The translations under genes and the position numbers were made by a program. From Candidatus Woesebacteria bacterium GW2011_GWB1_39_10 (lineage in GTDB: Bacteria > Patescibacteriota > Microgenomatia > UBA8517), in NCBI GenBank assembly GCA_000993205.1, contig LBVU01000003.1, positions 161,008-225,007 on the forward strand: a DNA stretch of 64,000 nucleotides, written 5' to 3'. Within the stretch, counting starts at the first letter, position 1, and each line of letters starts with the position of its first letter. Shown piece after piece: positions 37,230 through 44,364 of this stretch. The notes under the pieces were generated by a model. The model did not search any database. It saw only the letters and a list, made by a program, of their open reading frames with translations, and was not told the origin of the DNA.

Positions 37230-37496
37230 GTGGCAAAAACTCGGTTGATACAAGAATTGGTTAAAAAAAAGCCGTATCTTATATGGCATACCAAAAATTA
37301 TGAACATCTTTCTGAGAGAAGTATTGTAGAAAATGTTTTAAATTATGGAAGCTGGGAGGATTATCTCTTTTTGGAAAAAGTTCTTGGTGTAAAGCAACTA
37401 CGCGGTTTTTTTGAAGACATAAAAAATAAAAAAAGGACAAACCTTAGACCTCAAACAATCAATTATTTTAGCAATTACTTCGGAAAATATGCATGA
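37230..37496 (+). CDS. small protein partner (putative antitoxin) of the AbiEii-like nucleotidyltransferase, pair 2
   Basis: 88 aa; overlaps the downstream nucleotidyltransferase gene by 8 nt; paralogue of 27561..27854. Confidence 0.45.
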   Translation: MAKTRLIQELVKKKPYLIWHTKNYEHLSERSIVENVLNYGSWEDYLFLEKVLGVKQLRGFFEDIKNKKRTNLRPQTINYFSNYFGKYA

Positions 37497-38118
37497 ACAG
37501 CACAAATATAAAGAGGTCTTGTCGAAAAAACAAATTGAACTGTTGGGGCTGGTCAAAAAGTTTTCGGATGAGTTTGGGCTGGTCGGCGGTACCGCAATTG
37601 CCATTCAATTAGGTAAAAGAAGATCAGTCGATTTTGATTTGTTTACAACTTCTGATTTTGACAGTGATCACATTAGAAAAATTATCAGAGAAGAATTTGA
37701 AATACAGTCTGTTTTAGTTGAAATTCCGGGGGAACTTACGGTGATTGTTAATGGTGTCAAGCTTACTTTTTGCAAATATCCTTTTAAAATTACCTTTACT
37801 GAGGAATTTGAAGATGTCATTAAAATGCCGGATTTATTAACTCTTGCCGCAATGAAGGCCTTTGCATTAGGCAGACGCTCAAAATGGAAAGATTATGTGG
37901 ATTTGCACTTTATGTTTAAAGAATGTCAGTTTTTAAGAGTTGTAAAAAGGGCAGGTGAACTATTTGGAGGAGAATTTAACGAAAAATTGTTCAGAGAACA
38001 ACTTTCGTACTTTAACGACATGGATTTTTCTGAGGAGGTTGACTATTTGGAAGGCTTTGAAATAAGTGATGAGTCAATAAAAGAAAAACTAAAAGAAATT
38101 AGTTTGCAAAAGGATTAA
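37489..38118 (+). CDS. nucleotidyltransferase of the AbiEii/AbiGii toxin family, pair 2
   Basis: IELLGLVKKFSDEFGLVGGTAIAIQLGKRRSVDFDLFT; paralogue of 27851..28489. Confidence 0.65.
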   Translation: MHEQHKYKEVLSKKQIELLGLVKKFSDEFGLVGGTAIAIQLGKRRSVDFDLFTTSDFDSDHIRKIIREEFEIQSVLVEIPGELTVIVNGVKLTFCKYPFKITFTEEFEDVIKMPDLLTLAAMKAFALGRRSKWKDYVDLHFMFKECQFLRVVKRAGELFGGEFNEKLFREQLSYFNDMDFSEEVDYLEGFEISDESIKEKLKEISLQKD

Positions 38119-38137
38119 AATTTTGAGCAAGCGTGAA

Positions 38138-38479
38138 TTACACTGAGGGGATAGCGAGGGAGAAGATATCGATTTTAAAGAAAGTGTTTATTAAGGCAAC
38201 AATTGCCCATGCTGCAAAAACTATCACAAGCCCGACCAAAGCGGCCGTAATTTGATTTCTGGCGGCTTCTGTTTGGGCTTTATCTCCACCGGAGGCGATC
38301 CAGCGAATTCCACCAATTACTAAAATAAAGAAGAAGACTATTGCGGCGACAACTACAGTAAGTCTGATCAGCGCTGAAACAATTGAAGGAACCGTAAGAC
38401 CACCGAGCTGAGCAAATTGTGTGTTGCTAGGTGGTTGTAAGTTAATCGAGTCGCTTGTAACTGCTAATAAATTTGTCAT
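38138..38479 (-). CDS. pilin-like small membrane protein, paralogue 2
   Basis: IRWIASGGDKAQTEAARNQITAALVGLVIVFAAWAIV. Confidence 0.5.
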   Translation of the reverse strand: MTNLLAVTSDSINLQPPSNTQFAQLGGLTVPSIVSALIRLTVVVAAIVFFFILVIGGIRWIASGGDKAQTEAARNQITAALVGLVIVFAAWAIVALINTFFKIDIFSLAIPSV

Positions 38480-38487
38480 TATGTATA

Positions 38488-38868
38488 TTATTGAATTACC
38501 AACGGACCAATGTCAATAGTCAGAATGTTTAAACCGAAAAACGTTTCTACAACATTTATAACGGCAAATGCTCCCAAAAGAATTACAATTCCGATCACCG
38601 CGCTTGTAATTCTGCCGCGCGCCGACTCAAGCGCTTGTTTATCACCGCCGGAGCTTATCCACTGAACGGCTCCCCAAATGAGCATGAAGAAGAATACCAA
38701 GACTCCAATGACAAACACCAAACCAATAAAGTTTGGGATAAAAGTTGACAAAAAACCGGTTGGACCGGAGGAATAAACACCCTGCAAACCGGGACCAAAG
38801 ATTGGGTTTTGTATTTCGCTACTTTCGTTAGCCCCAGCCAGTAGTTTGTATGAATTAGTTAATAACAT
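38488..38868 (-). CDS. pilin-like small membrane protein, paralogue 3
   Basis: VQWISSGGDKQALESARGRITSAVIGIVILLGAF. Confidence 0.5.
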   Translation of the reverse strand: MLLTNSYKLLAGANESSEIQNPIFGPGLQGVYSSGPTGFLSTFIPNFIGLVFVIGVLVFFFMLIWGAVQWISSGGDKQALESARGRITSAVIGIVILLGAFAVINVVETFFGLNILTIDIGPLVIQ

Positions 38869-39244
38869 TATTGCCCGTTAATACTGAAAATAGAGAAACG
38901 AAATTTAATATATCGGGAATGCCGATTAAATATCCAATAAATCTGATTATGAATATTCCGAATATACAAACCATGAGTCCAATGAGACCGCTCATGATTT
39001 TTTTCCTTGCAGTCTCCAAGGACTGTTTATCCCCGCCAGCGGTCATAAACGCGAAAGACCCCGTAGTCACCAAGAACACAAACCAAATAATTGCGATTAG
39101 CGTAACAAGGCCGATTGCGGAGGAAATGAAATTTGTGAAGACGACACTGGCGTCCATAGCTGGAGCCGTTTCAAGTCCGAGTTTACCAAAACCTTTAAAC
39201 CCTCCGTCAGGGAATATATTTATCTGTGCTAAAGTGTTGTTCAT
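38855..39244 (-). CDS. pilin-like small membrane protein, paralogue 4
   Basis: FMTAGGDKQSLETARKKIMSGLIGLMVCIFGIF; 14-nt overlap with paralogue 3. Confidence 0.5.
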   Translation of the reverse strand: MNNTLAQINIFPDGGFKGFGKLGLETAPAMDASVVFTNFISSAIGLVTLIAIIWFVFLVTTGSFAFMTAGGDKQSLETARKKIMSGLIGLMVCIFGIFIIRFIGYLIGIPDILNFVSLFSVLTGNNVIN

Positions 39245-39591
39245 AGTGTTGGAATAGACGGGCTAAGAATAAAGTCCCAACTGCCAAATACAAATTGTCC
39301 AATCAGGGCGGCTAGAACAAATGCCCCGGCCGAGAAAGCTAATCCTATTATTGTCTGATAAATTTTTGCCCAAGCACCCTCCACTTTTTTGGCATCATCC
39401 CCAGCGGACATAAAGGCATATCCTGCAAGCACCAAATTGAAAAGGGCATAAATTCCGGCGCCGACAATAAGAAACTGAAGCACTTTTTCGATTAGACCAC
39501 CAATGGCGGGGCCTGCGTCTGTTCCATATTGAGAGAGAGCTGTAGGGGCTTTAATTGTTCCAAAAGGATTCGCGTCTGATAAGAGTTTCAT
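39241..39591 (-). CDS. pilin-like small membrane protein, paralogue 5
   Basis: YAFMSAGDDAKKVEGAWAKIYQTIIGLAFSAGAF; 4-nt overlap with paralogue 4. Confidence 0.5.
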   Translation of the reverse strand: MKLLSDANPFGTIKAPTALSQYGTDAGPAIGGLIEKVLQFLIVGAGIYALFNLVLAGYAFMSAGDDAKKVEGAWAKIYQTIIGLAFSAGAFVLAALIGQFVFGSWDFILSPSIPTL

Positions 39592-39888
39592 TTATTGATT
39601 TGGTAAAATTGGAACATTGGTAATATTCCCAACTAATTGTACTATCCAGTAGGATGCAAATACAATAACAAAGCCAATAATGGCACTTGTAACGGTTTTT
39701 TTGGCTTGTTCTGCCTTTTGCGGATCGGATTGCCCCGCGCTTGCAATCATTCCGATCCCGCCCATGATAAAGAAAAATAGGAGGATTAAACCGGAAACAA
39801 CAAAAGCAATATTGAGAAAGAGGGAAACAAGATCTCCTATCTTTCCGATTTCTCCGAAGGGAGATTTGAACATTGCGTTTATATTCAT
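39592..39888 (-). CDS. pilin-like small membrane protein, paralogue 6
   Basis: IGMIASAGQSDPQKAEQAKKTVTSAIIGFVIVFASYWIV; the overlapping 138-aa ORF 39551..39967 in another frame is judged spurious. Confidence 0.5.
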   Translation of the reverse strand: MNINAMFKSPFGEIGKIGDLVSLFLNIAFVVSGLILLFFFIMGGIGMIASAGQSDPQKAEQAKKTVTSAIIGFVIVFASYWIVQLVGNITNVPILPNQ

Positions 39889-39893
39889 AAATT

Positions 39894-40229
39894 TTATTTG
39901 TTAAAAGGTTCACCGAATCCTCCCGTGCCAGTTGATTTAAAAATCTGTGCAAGTAATTGAACGACAAGAAAGGCTGTTATGACTATTACAAATCCAATTA
40001 GAGCGTTGGTAATTTTACCTTGTGCTCCTTGAATGGCTTTTGGGTCACCGCGGGACGTCATCATCTGCAGACCTCCCATGACTAAATAAATTAATAATGC
40101 AATACCGGCGGCTCCAAAAATGTATGGCAATACAGCACCCATTATATCTGCAAGCTTGGAATCCGGACCAAAAGTTGCGTCTGGTAGACCGTTGGTTTGA
40201 ATACTATTTAAATCTAATTGTGCGAGCAT
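39894..40229 (-). CDS. pilin-like small membrane protein, paralogue 7
   Basis: LQMMTSRGDPKAIQGAQGKITNALIGFVIVITAFLVV. Confidence 0.5.
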   Translation of the reverse strand: MLAQLDLNSIQTNGLPDATFGPDSKLADIMGAVLPYIFGAAGIALLIYLVMGGLQMMTSRGDPKAIQGAQGKITNALIGFVIVITAFLVVQLLAQIFKSTGTGGFGEPFNK

Positions 40230-40337
40230 TTATAAAATTATTCTAATTGACGTAATTATACTAGAAAATTGTTCTAATTATTTTAATTATACTAATTATT
40301 CTAAATAATACCCAACACCCAGTTTCCAATTTAGAGC

Positions 40338-40768
40338 AATTAGAAATTAGAATAATTAGGTTAATTTACCCATCTTCTGGTAAATCGAATTAAATATTAA
40401 GTTTAGCTCTTTTGCTTCTGTCCAGATAACTTTTATTTTCTCTTTTTGCCCAGGACAAGCCGTTGCCAGCATTCTTAGAAAATGTTTTGACTCTCTTGCC
40501 TCCTTTTTGCAAATTCCAATTTTATGCTTAAAATCTTTACCACTTTCTGCGTCGTCTGCTTCGCAATAATTTGCACCGACACTTGTTGAACATCTCACCA
40601 ACTGGCTAACTAGGGGGTCTGTAATTATACTTTTGGACAATTCTTTGCAGAACTTAATTACATTTTCTCCAAACTTGGCAGTTCTTTCTTCCAGGTCATA
40701 TTTTTTTGAAGCTTCAGACATTGGTTTTTATTTAGGTCAATTAGGAATTAGAATAATTAGGTTAATTG
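40338..40768. repeat. cassette E: 29-nt direct repeats (28/29 identical) flanking four-helix-bundle gene copy E, plus an inverted partial copy at about 40293-40305
   Basis: aattagAaattagaataattaggttaatt at 40338-40366 and aattagGaattagaataattaggttaatt at 40740-40768; the first copy contains the gene's stop codon; ctaattattctaa at 40293-40305 is the reverse complement of the core. Confidence 0.55.
40356..40721 (-). CDS. four-helix-bundle protein (23S rRNA IVS protein / Avd-like), copy E
   Basis: LVRCSTSVGANYCEADDAESGKDFKHKIGICKKEARESKHFLRMLA. Confidence 0.7.
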   Translation of the reverse strand: MSEASKKYDLEERTAKFGENVIKFCKELSKSIITDPLVSQLVRCSTSVGANYCEADDAESGKDFKHKIGICKKEARESKHFLRMLATACPGQKEKIKVIWTEAKELNLIFNSIYQKMGKLT

Positions 40769-40773
40769 TCAGT

Positions 40774-41166
40774 TTACTTTCCAAAGCCAAACTCATTCAG
40801 ACCTAGTATATCAACTCCTATGAATTTGAGTATAAAAATGGAAAAAATAAGTAAAATCAGGCCGGAAATTGCACTTGTTAAAAGTTCCTGCCCGGCCTTA
40901 AGGCGTTCCGGGTCTCCAGCTGATGTCATTACCATAAAACCGGCATAGACAATCAAAAGGAAGGCAATTCCGCCACCAACCCCAACTGCCCACTTAAGAA
41001 GACTTCCAAGAAACTGTTCCTGACTGCTCAGAACATTAAGGCAACCTATTGCAGTATTTATTCCGTTACCCCCATCGCACATAAGATCATCCGCACGAAC
41101 TGGCATAACAGACAATCTAAGGAGAAACACAAATCCGAGTAAGATGGGTAGTATTTTTTTCTTCAT
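40774..41166 (-). CDS. pilin-like small membrane protein with a cleavable signal peptide, paralogue 8
   Basis: Signal peptide MKKKILPILLGFVFLLRLSVMPVRA, then FMVMTSAGDPERLKAGQELLTSAISGLILLIFSIFIL. Confidence 0.5.
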   Translation of the reverse strand: MKKKILPILLGFVFLLRLSVMPVRADDLMCDGGNGINTAIGCLNVLSSQEQFLGSLLKWAVGVGGGIAFLLIVYAGFMVMTSAGDPERLKAGQELLTSAISGLILLIFSIFILKFIGVDILGLNEFGFGK

Positions 41167-41205
41167 CCATAACTATTTTATCATTTTTGGCTGGTATAAT
41201 GAAAT

Positions 41206-41637
41206 ATGGCGGACTATACAAAAAATTTTGACGGTTGGATTGTCAAGAAAAAAAAATACCACTATCAGAAATTGTTACCTCCAATGTTTAAAGAAAGAGA
41301 TATCTGGTGGGTTTCAATTGGGGTTAATGTGGGCTATGAAGAAGATGGCAAACACGATAAGTTTCTAAGGCCCGTTCTGGTACTCAGGAAGTTTAACAGG
41401 GAGTTGTTTTTGGGAATCCCAATGAGTACTAAGATTAAAGATAACCGTTATTACACTCAAGTTACTGTTCAAGACGAAACCGTATCGGTTTTGATCTCCC
41501 AAATTAGAGTTTTTAGCGCAAAAAGAATACAAGACAAACTAGCTGAACTAGATAGGGGTGACTTCAAAAAAGTACAAGATGAAGTAGTAAAGATGATTAC
41601 TTTCTCTCCTCTGCCTAAGCAAAGGAGCCGTGGCTAG
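41206..41637 (+). CDS. PemK/MazF-family toxin-like endoribonuclease, apparently orphan
   Basis: DIWWVSIG...KFLRPVLVLRKFNRELFLGIPMSTKIKDNRYYTQV...SQIRVFSAKRI fits the MazF/PemK pattern; no convincing antitoxin ORF adjacent. Confidence 0.55.
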   Translation: MADYTKNFDGWIVKKKKYHYQKLLPPMFKERDIWWVSIGVNVGYEEDGKHDKFLRPVLVLRKFNRELFLGIPMSTKIKDNRYYTQVTVQDETVSVLISQIRVFSAKRIQDKLAELDRGDFKKVQDEVVKMITFSPLPKQRSRG

Positions 41638-43420
41638 TGCCAATTTGGCCTATTATAACATAATGAGCATAAAAATCAAGTTTTTGGTATTTGTAAGTTT
41701 TGTATTGTTTGGGATTTGTGTTTTGAAATTTGGCAGTTTGGTGCTTGCTCTCGATTGTTCAGATCCAAACGCAAAGCTATCTGGTACAGATGCCGGTATT
41801 TGTTATGATCAAATAGAGTCTTTAAAGAACCAATATACTTCGGCTCAAACAACTAACAAAAAAAATTTGGCACAACTCCGGTCTCAACTGGACAATTTAA
41901 ACAAGAGGGTTAAGGCGATGGTGATTCAGTTAGATAATTTTGCCAAGGATATTGTAAAAAGAGAGATAGATTTGGCCTTTACAAAAGAAATTTTCGAGGG
42001 AAAGGCTAAAGATCATTATACCTTCCTTAGACTTTACGACCCCATTACTCCGTTTATCTTTTCCGATAGCGCTTCACAAGCATTCCAAGAAATTAGTTTT
42101 AGACAAAAAGCGGCGGATGAAGACAGAAAAACCATGGAGAAATACGGACTTGATTTAGCAAAACTCAAAACTGACAAAGAAGCTTTAGAAAAGAATAAGG
42201 CATCGTTGGCAGTGGTTCAAAAACAAGTATCTGAGCAAACAGTTTTTTTGGCAGGAGAGGTTGCGAAAGTTGAGTCTTATTTAGCAGTTCTTTCCTCGAG
42301 ACAACAATCTTTTTTGGCTCAAAAACTTGAATCTCTTGGACTTTCCAGATCTGCCTATAACATGAAAGGCGGTTGTTCTAGTGACATAAATCCCTTTAAA
42401 AGCCCCGGTTTTAGTCCCGCAGTTGGATTTTTCAGTTTTGGTGTTCCAAACAGGGTGGGTATGAATCAATTTGGAGCGAAAGGAAGATCCGAAGCGGGAC
42501 AAGACTTCGAAGAAATACTTAGGGCCTATTATAACGCTGACATAACAAGAGGTTATAACACCGGGATAACAATTCACATTTCCGGTAAAAACGAATTTGG
42601 ACAATCGTTCAACGAAGACTGGAACATAGAAGACTATGTAAAACATGTTTACGAAATGCCCACAAGCTGGACCGCGAAAGACTCGGCGGCTCTTAAAGCG
42701 CAAGCGATAGCCGCTAGATCTTACGCTCTCTCATATACAAATAACGGAGCAAAATCAATTTGTCCGAGTCAAAGCTGTCAAGTTGTCAAGAGAGAGCTAA
42801 ATGACAATGCCTGGCAGGCCGCAGTTGATGCAACGCGCGGAATCGTTCTTACGAATGGAGGAAAACCTATTACGGCCTGGTTCTCTTCGACCCATGGTGG
42901 TTATGCGTATACATCGGGAGACATTGGGTGGAGCAACACTGCATGGACAAAAAGACTTCAGGACTCAACGGGGGGTATTAACGGTTTTTCTGATTTATTT
43001 AATAATGCCTACGATAAGTCTTCTCCAACATTCTACTGTGATTGGGGGTCACGCAGTCAATATAACAAAACTGCTTGGTTAAAACCCGAAGAGGTTGCTG
43101 ATATTGCGAATGTTATCCTTCTTGCCAAAGCCGACGGTTCAACACAAAAACATCTTGCACAACCAGATAAAACTAATCCTGATGGGGTCGATACTTGGGA
43201 TTCTGGTCGGGTTAAAAACGAACTTAAAAGTCGTGGAATTACACCTTTAGAAAATGCATCTGATATATCAATCAGCGCAGATTTTGGAAGCGGAAAAACA
43301 ACAACGGTTAGTGTTAATGGTAGAAGTTTTGATGGACAGGATTTCAAAACATATTTCAACCTTCGCGCCCCAGCCAATATTCAAATAGTTGGCCCTCTAT
43401 ATAATGTAGAAAAAAGATAA
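41630..43420 (+). CDS. SpoIID/LytB-domain protein with an N-terminal membrane anchor and coiled-coil (peptidoglycan-remodelling enhancer)
   Basis: ALKAQAIAARSYALSYTNNGAKSICPSQSCQVVKR...VDATRGIVLTNGGKPITAWFSSTHGGYAYTSGDIGW is a SpoIID signature; N-terminal TM plus heptad-rich region. Confidence 0.65.
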   Translation: MASANLAYYNIMSIKIKFLVFVSFVLFGICVLKFGSLVLALDCSDPNAKLSGTDAGICYDQIESLKNQYTSAQTTNKKNLAQLRSQLDNLNKRVKAMVIQLDNFAKDIVKREIDLAFTKEIFEGKAKDHYTFLRLYDPITPFIFSDSASQAFQEISFRQKAADEDRKTMEKYGLDLAKLKTDKEALEKNKASLAVVQKQVSEQTVFLAGEVAKVESYLAVLSSRQQSFLAQKLESLGLSRSAYNMKGGCSSDINPFKSPGFSPAVGFFSFGVPNRVGMNQFGAKGRSEAGQDFEEILRAYYNADITRGYNTGITIHISGKNEFGQSFNEDWNIEDYVKHVYEMPTSWTAKDSAALKAQAIAARSYALSYTNNGAKSICPSQSCQVVKRELNDNAWQAAVDATRGIVLTNGGKPITAWFSSTHGGYAYTSGDIGWSNTAWTKRLQDSTGGINGFSDLFNNAYDKSSPTFYCDWGSRSQYNKTAWLKPEEVADIANVILLAKADGSTQKHLAQPDKTNPDGVDTWDSGRVKNELKSRGITPLENASDISISADFGSGKTTTVSVNGRSFDGQDFKTYFNLRAPANIQIVGPLYNVEKR

Positions 43421-43482
43421 AACAACCTATTTAACATTTTTAGTTTTTATTTCTTCGCTTAACTTGATATAATCAAGTTATA

Positions 43483-44139
43483 ATGCCGGATATATTCATC
43501 TCTCCCGAAGAAACAAAGATTGAACCGCAAGACATCCCTCAGGAATCATCAGATGTTCCCGCCACTCCGCCAAAAACAGAAACTCAAAGAATGGGCGTTC
43601 CAGGACACTCTCATAGCAGGTGGTCTTCTTTTAGCCTTTACCCTGACGATATTGACTTTGAGACAAAAGCCAGTAAGGAACAGATAATTTTAATGCTCAG
43701 ACAGCACCCGGTAGTAAATCTAAAATGGATTGTTACTTCTATCTTGATGCTCTCAGGTCCCACACTCCTAAACCTTTTTGGAATATTTGCGCTTTTGCCT
43801 GCCGGGTTTTCGCTTGTAATAACTCTTTCATGGTACTTGGTAACAAGCACTTATGCGATCGAAGGATTTCTGGATTGGTATTTTAATGTTTACTTTATTA
43901 CGGACCAGAGGATAGTCGATGTCGATTTTTACAACCTTATAAACAAAAGAGTTTCGAATGCTGAGATAGAGAAAATAGAGGACGTAAGTTATACAACCGG
44001 CGGGGTGATACGGACCCTGCTTAATTATGGAGATGTTTTTATTCAGACAGCTGCGGAGGTGTCGGAATTTGATTTTTTTGCGGTTCCGAACCCGGAACGG
44101 GCTGTAAAAATATTGGACGATCTAAGGTCAAAGGTTTAA
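43483..44139 (+). CDS. membrane protein with a bacterial PH (YdbS/YdbT-like) domain
   Basis: Two TM helices, then DQRIVDVDFYNLINKRVSNAEIEKIEDVSYTTGGVIRTLLNYGDVFIQT. Confidence 0.5.
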   Translation: MPDIFISPEETKIEPQDIPQESSDVPATPPKTETQRMGVPGHSHSRWSSFSLYPDDIDFETKASKEQIILMLRQHPVVNLKWIVTSILMLSGPTLLNLFGIFALLPAGFSLVITLSWYLVTSTYAIEGFLDWYFNVYFITDQRIVDVDFYNLINKRVSNAEIEKIEDVSYTTGGVIRTLLNYGDVFIQTAAEVSEFDFFAVPNPERAVKILDDLRSKV

Positions 44140-44141
44140 AC

Positions 44142-44363
44142 ATGGAAACTTTAATTACAAATATTAATATGTGGATGATTGCTAAAATTTTTGCCCTGAT
44201 TTTGCTGGGAATGTATCTGGTATTTGCTTTGGTTGTCGTTAGGCAGGTCAAAATGATGACGGATACATTACAGTTGGGTTTTGAGAGCTTGGCAAAAACG
44301 TTAAGTTGGCTACACTTGGGATTTGCGATTTTAGTCTTTTTAACGGCTTTGGTAATTCTTTAG
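44142..44363 (+). CDS. small two-TM membrane protein, hypothetical
   Basis: 73 aa, hydrophobic; tightly coupled to its neighbours (3-nt and 1-nt gaps). Confidence 0.3.
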   Translation: METLITNINMWMIAKIFALILLGMYLVFALVVVRQVKMMTDTLQLGFESLAKTLSWLHLGFAILVFLTALVIL

Positions 44364-44364
44364 A

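Noticed and set aside
38871-39257. 128-aa plus-strand ORF antisense to pilin paralogue 4
   Set aside because: Entirely antisense to a better-supported paralogous gene; its composition mirrors the sense strand; no motif.
39551-39967. 138-aa minus-strand ORF spanning two pilin genes in another frame (also 39680..39904 plus-strand)
   Set aside because: Overlaps two conserved paralogues out of frame; Cys/Arg-rich odd composition typical of an off-frame translation.
41144-41368. 74-aa ORF overlapping the MazF-like gene start, considered as a candidate antitoxin
   Set aside because: Same strand and out of frame with the toxin gene; its sequence lacks a MazE/PemI ribbon-helix-helix or swapped-hairpin character.
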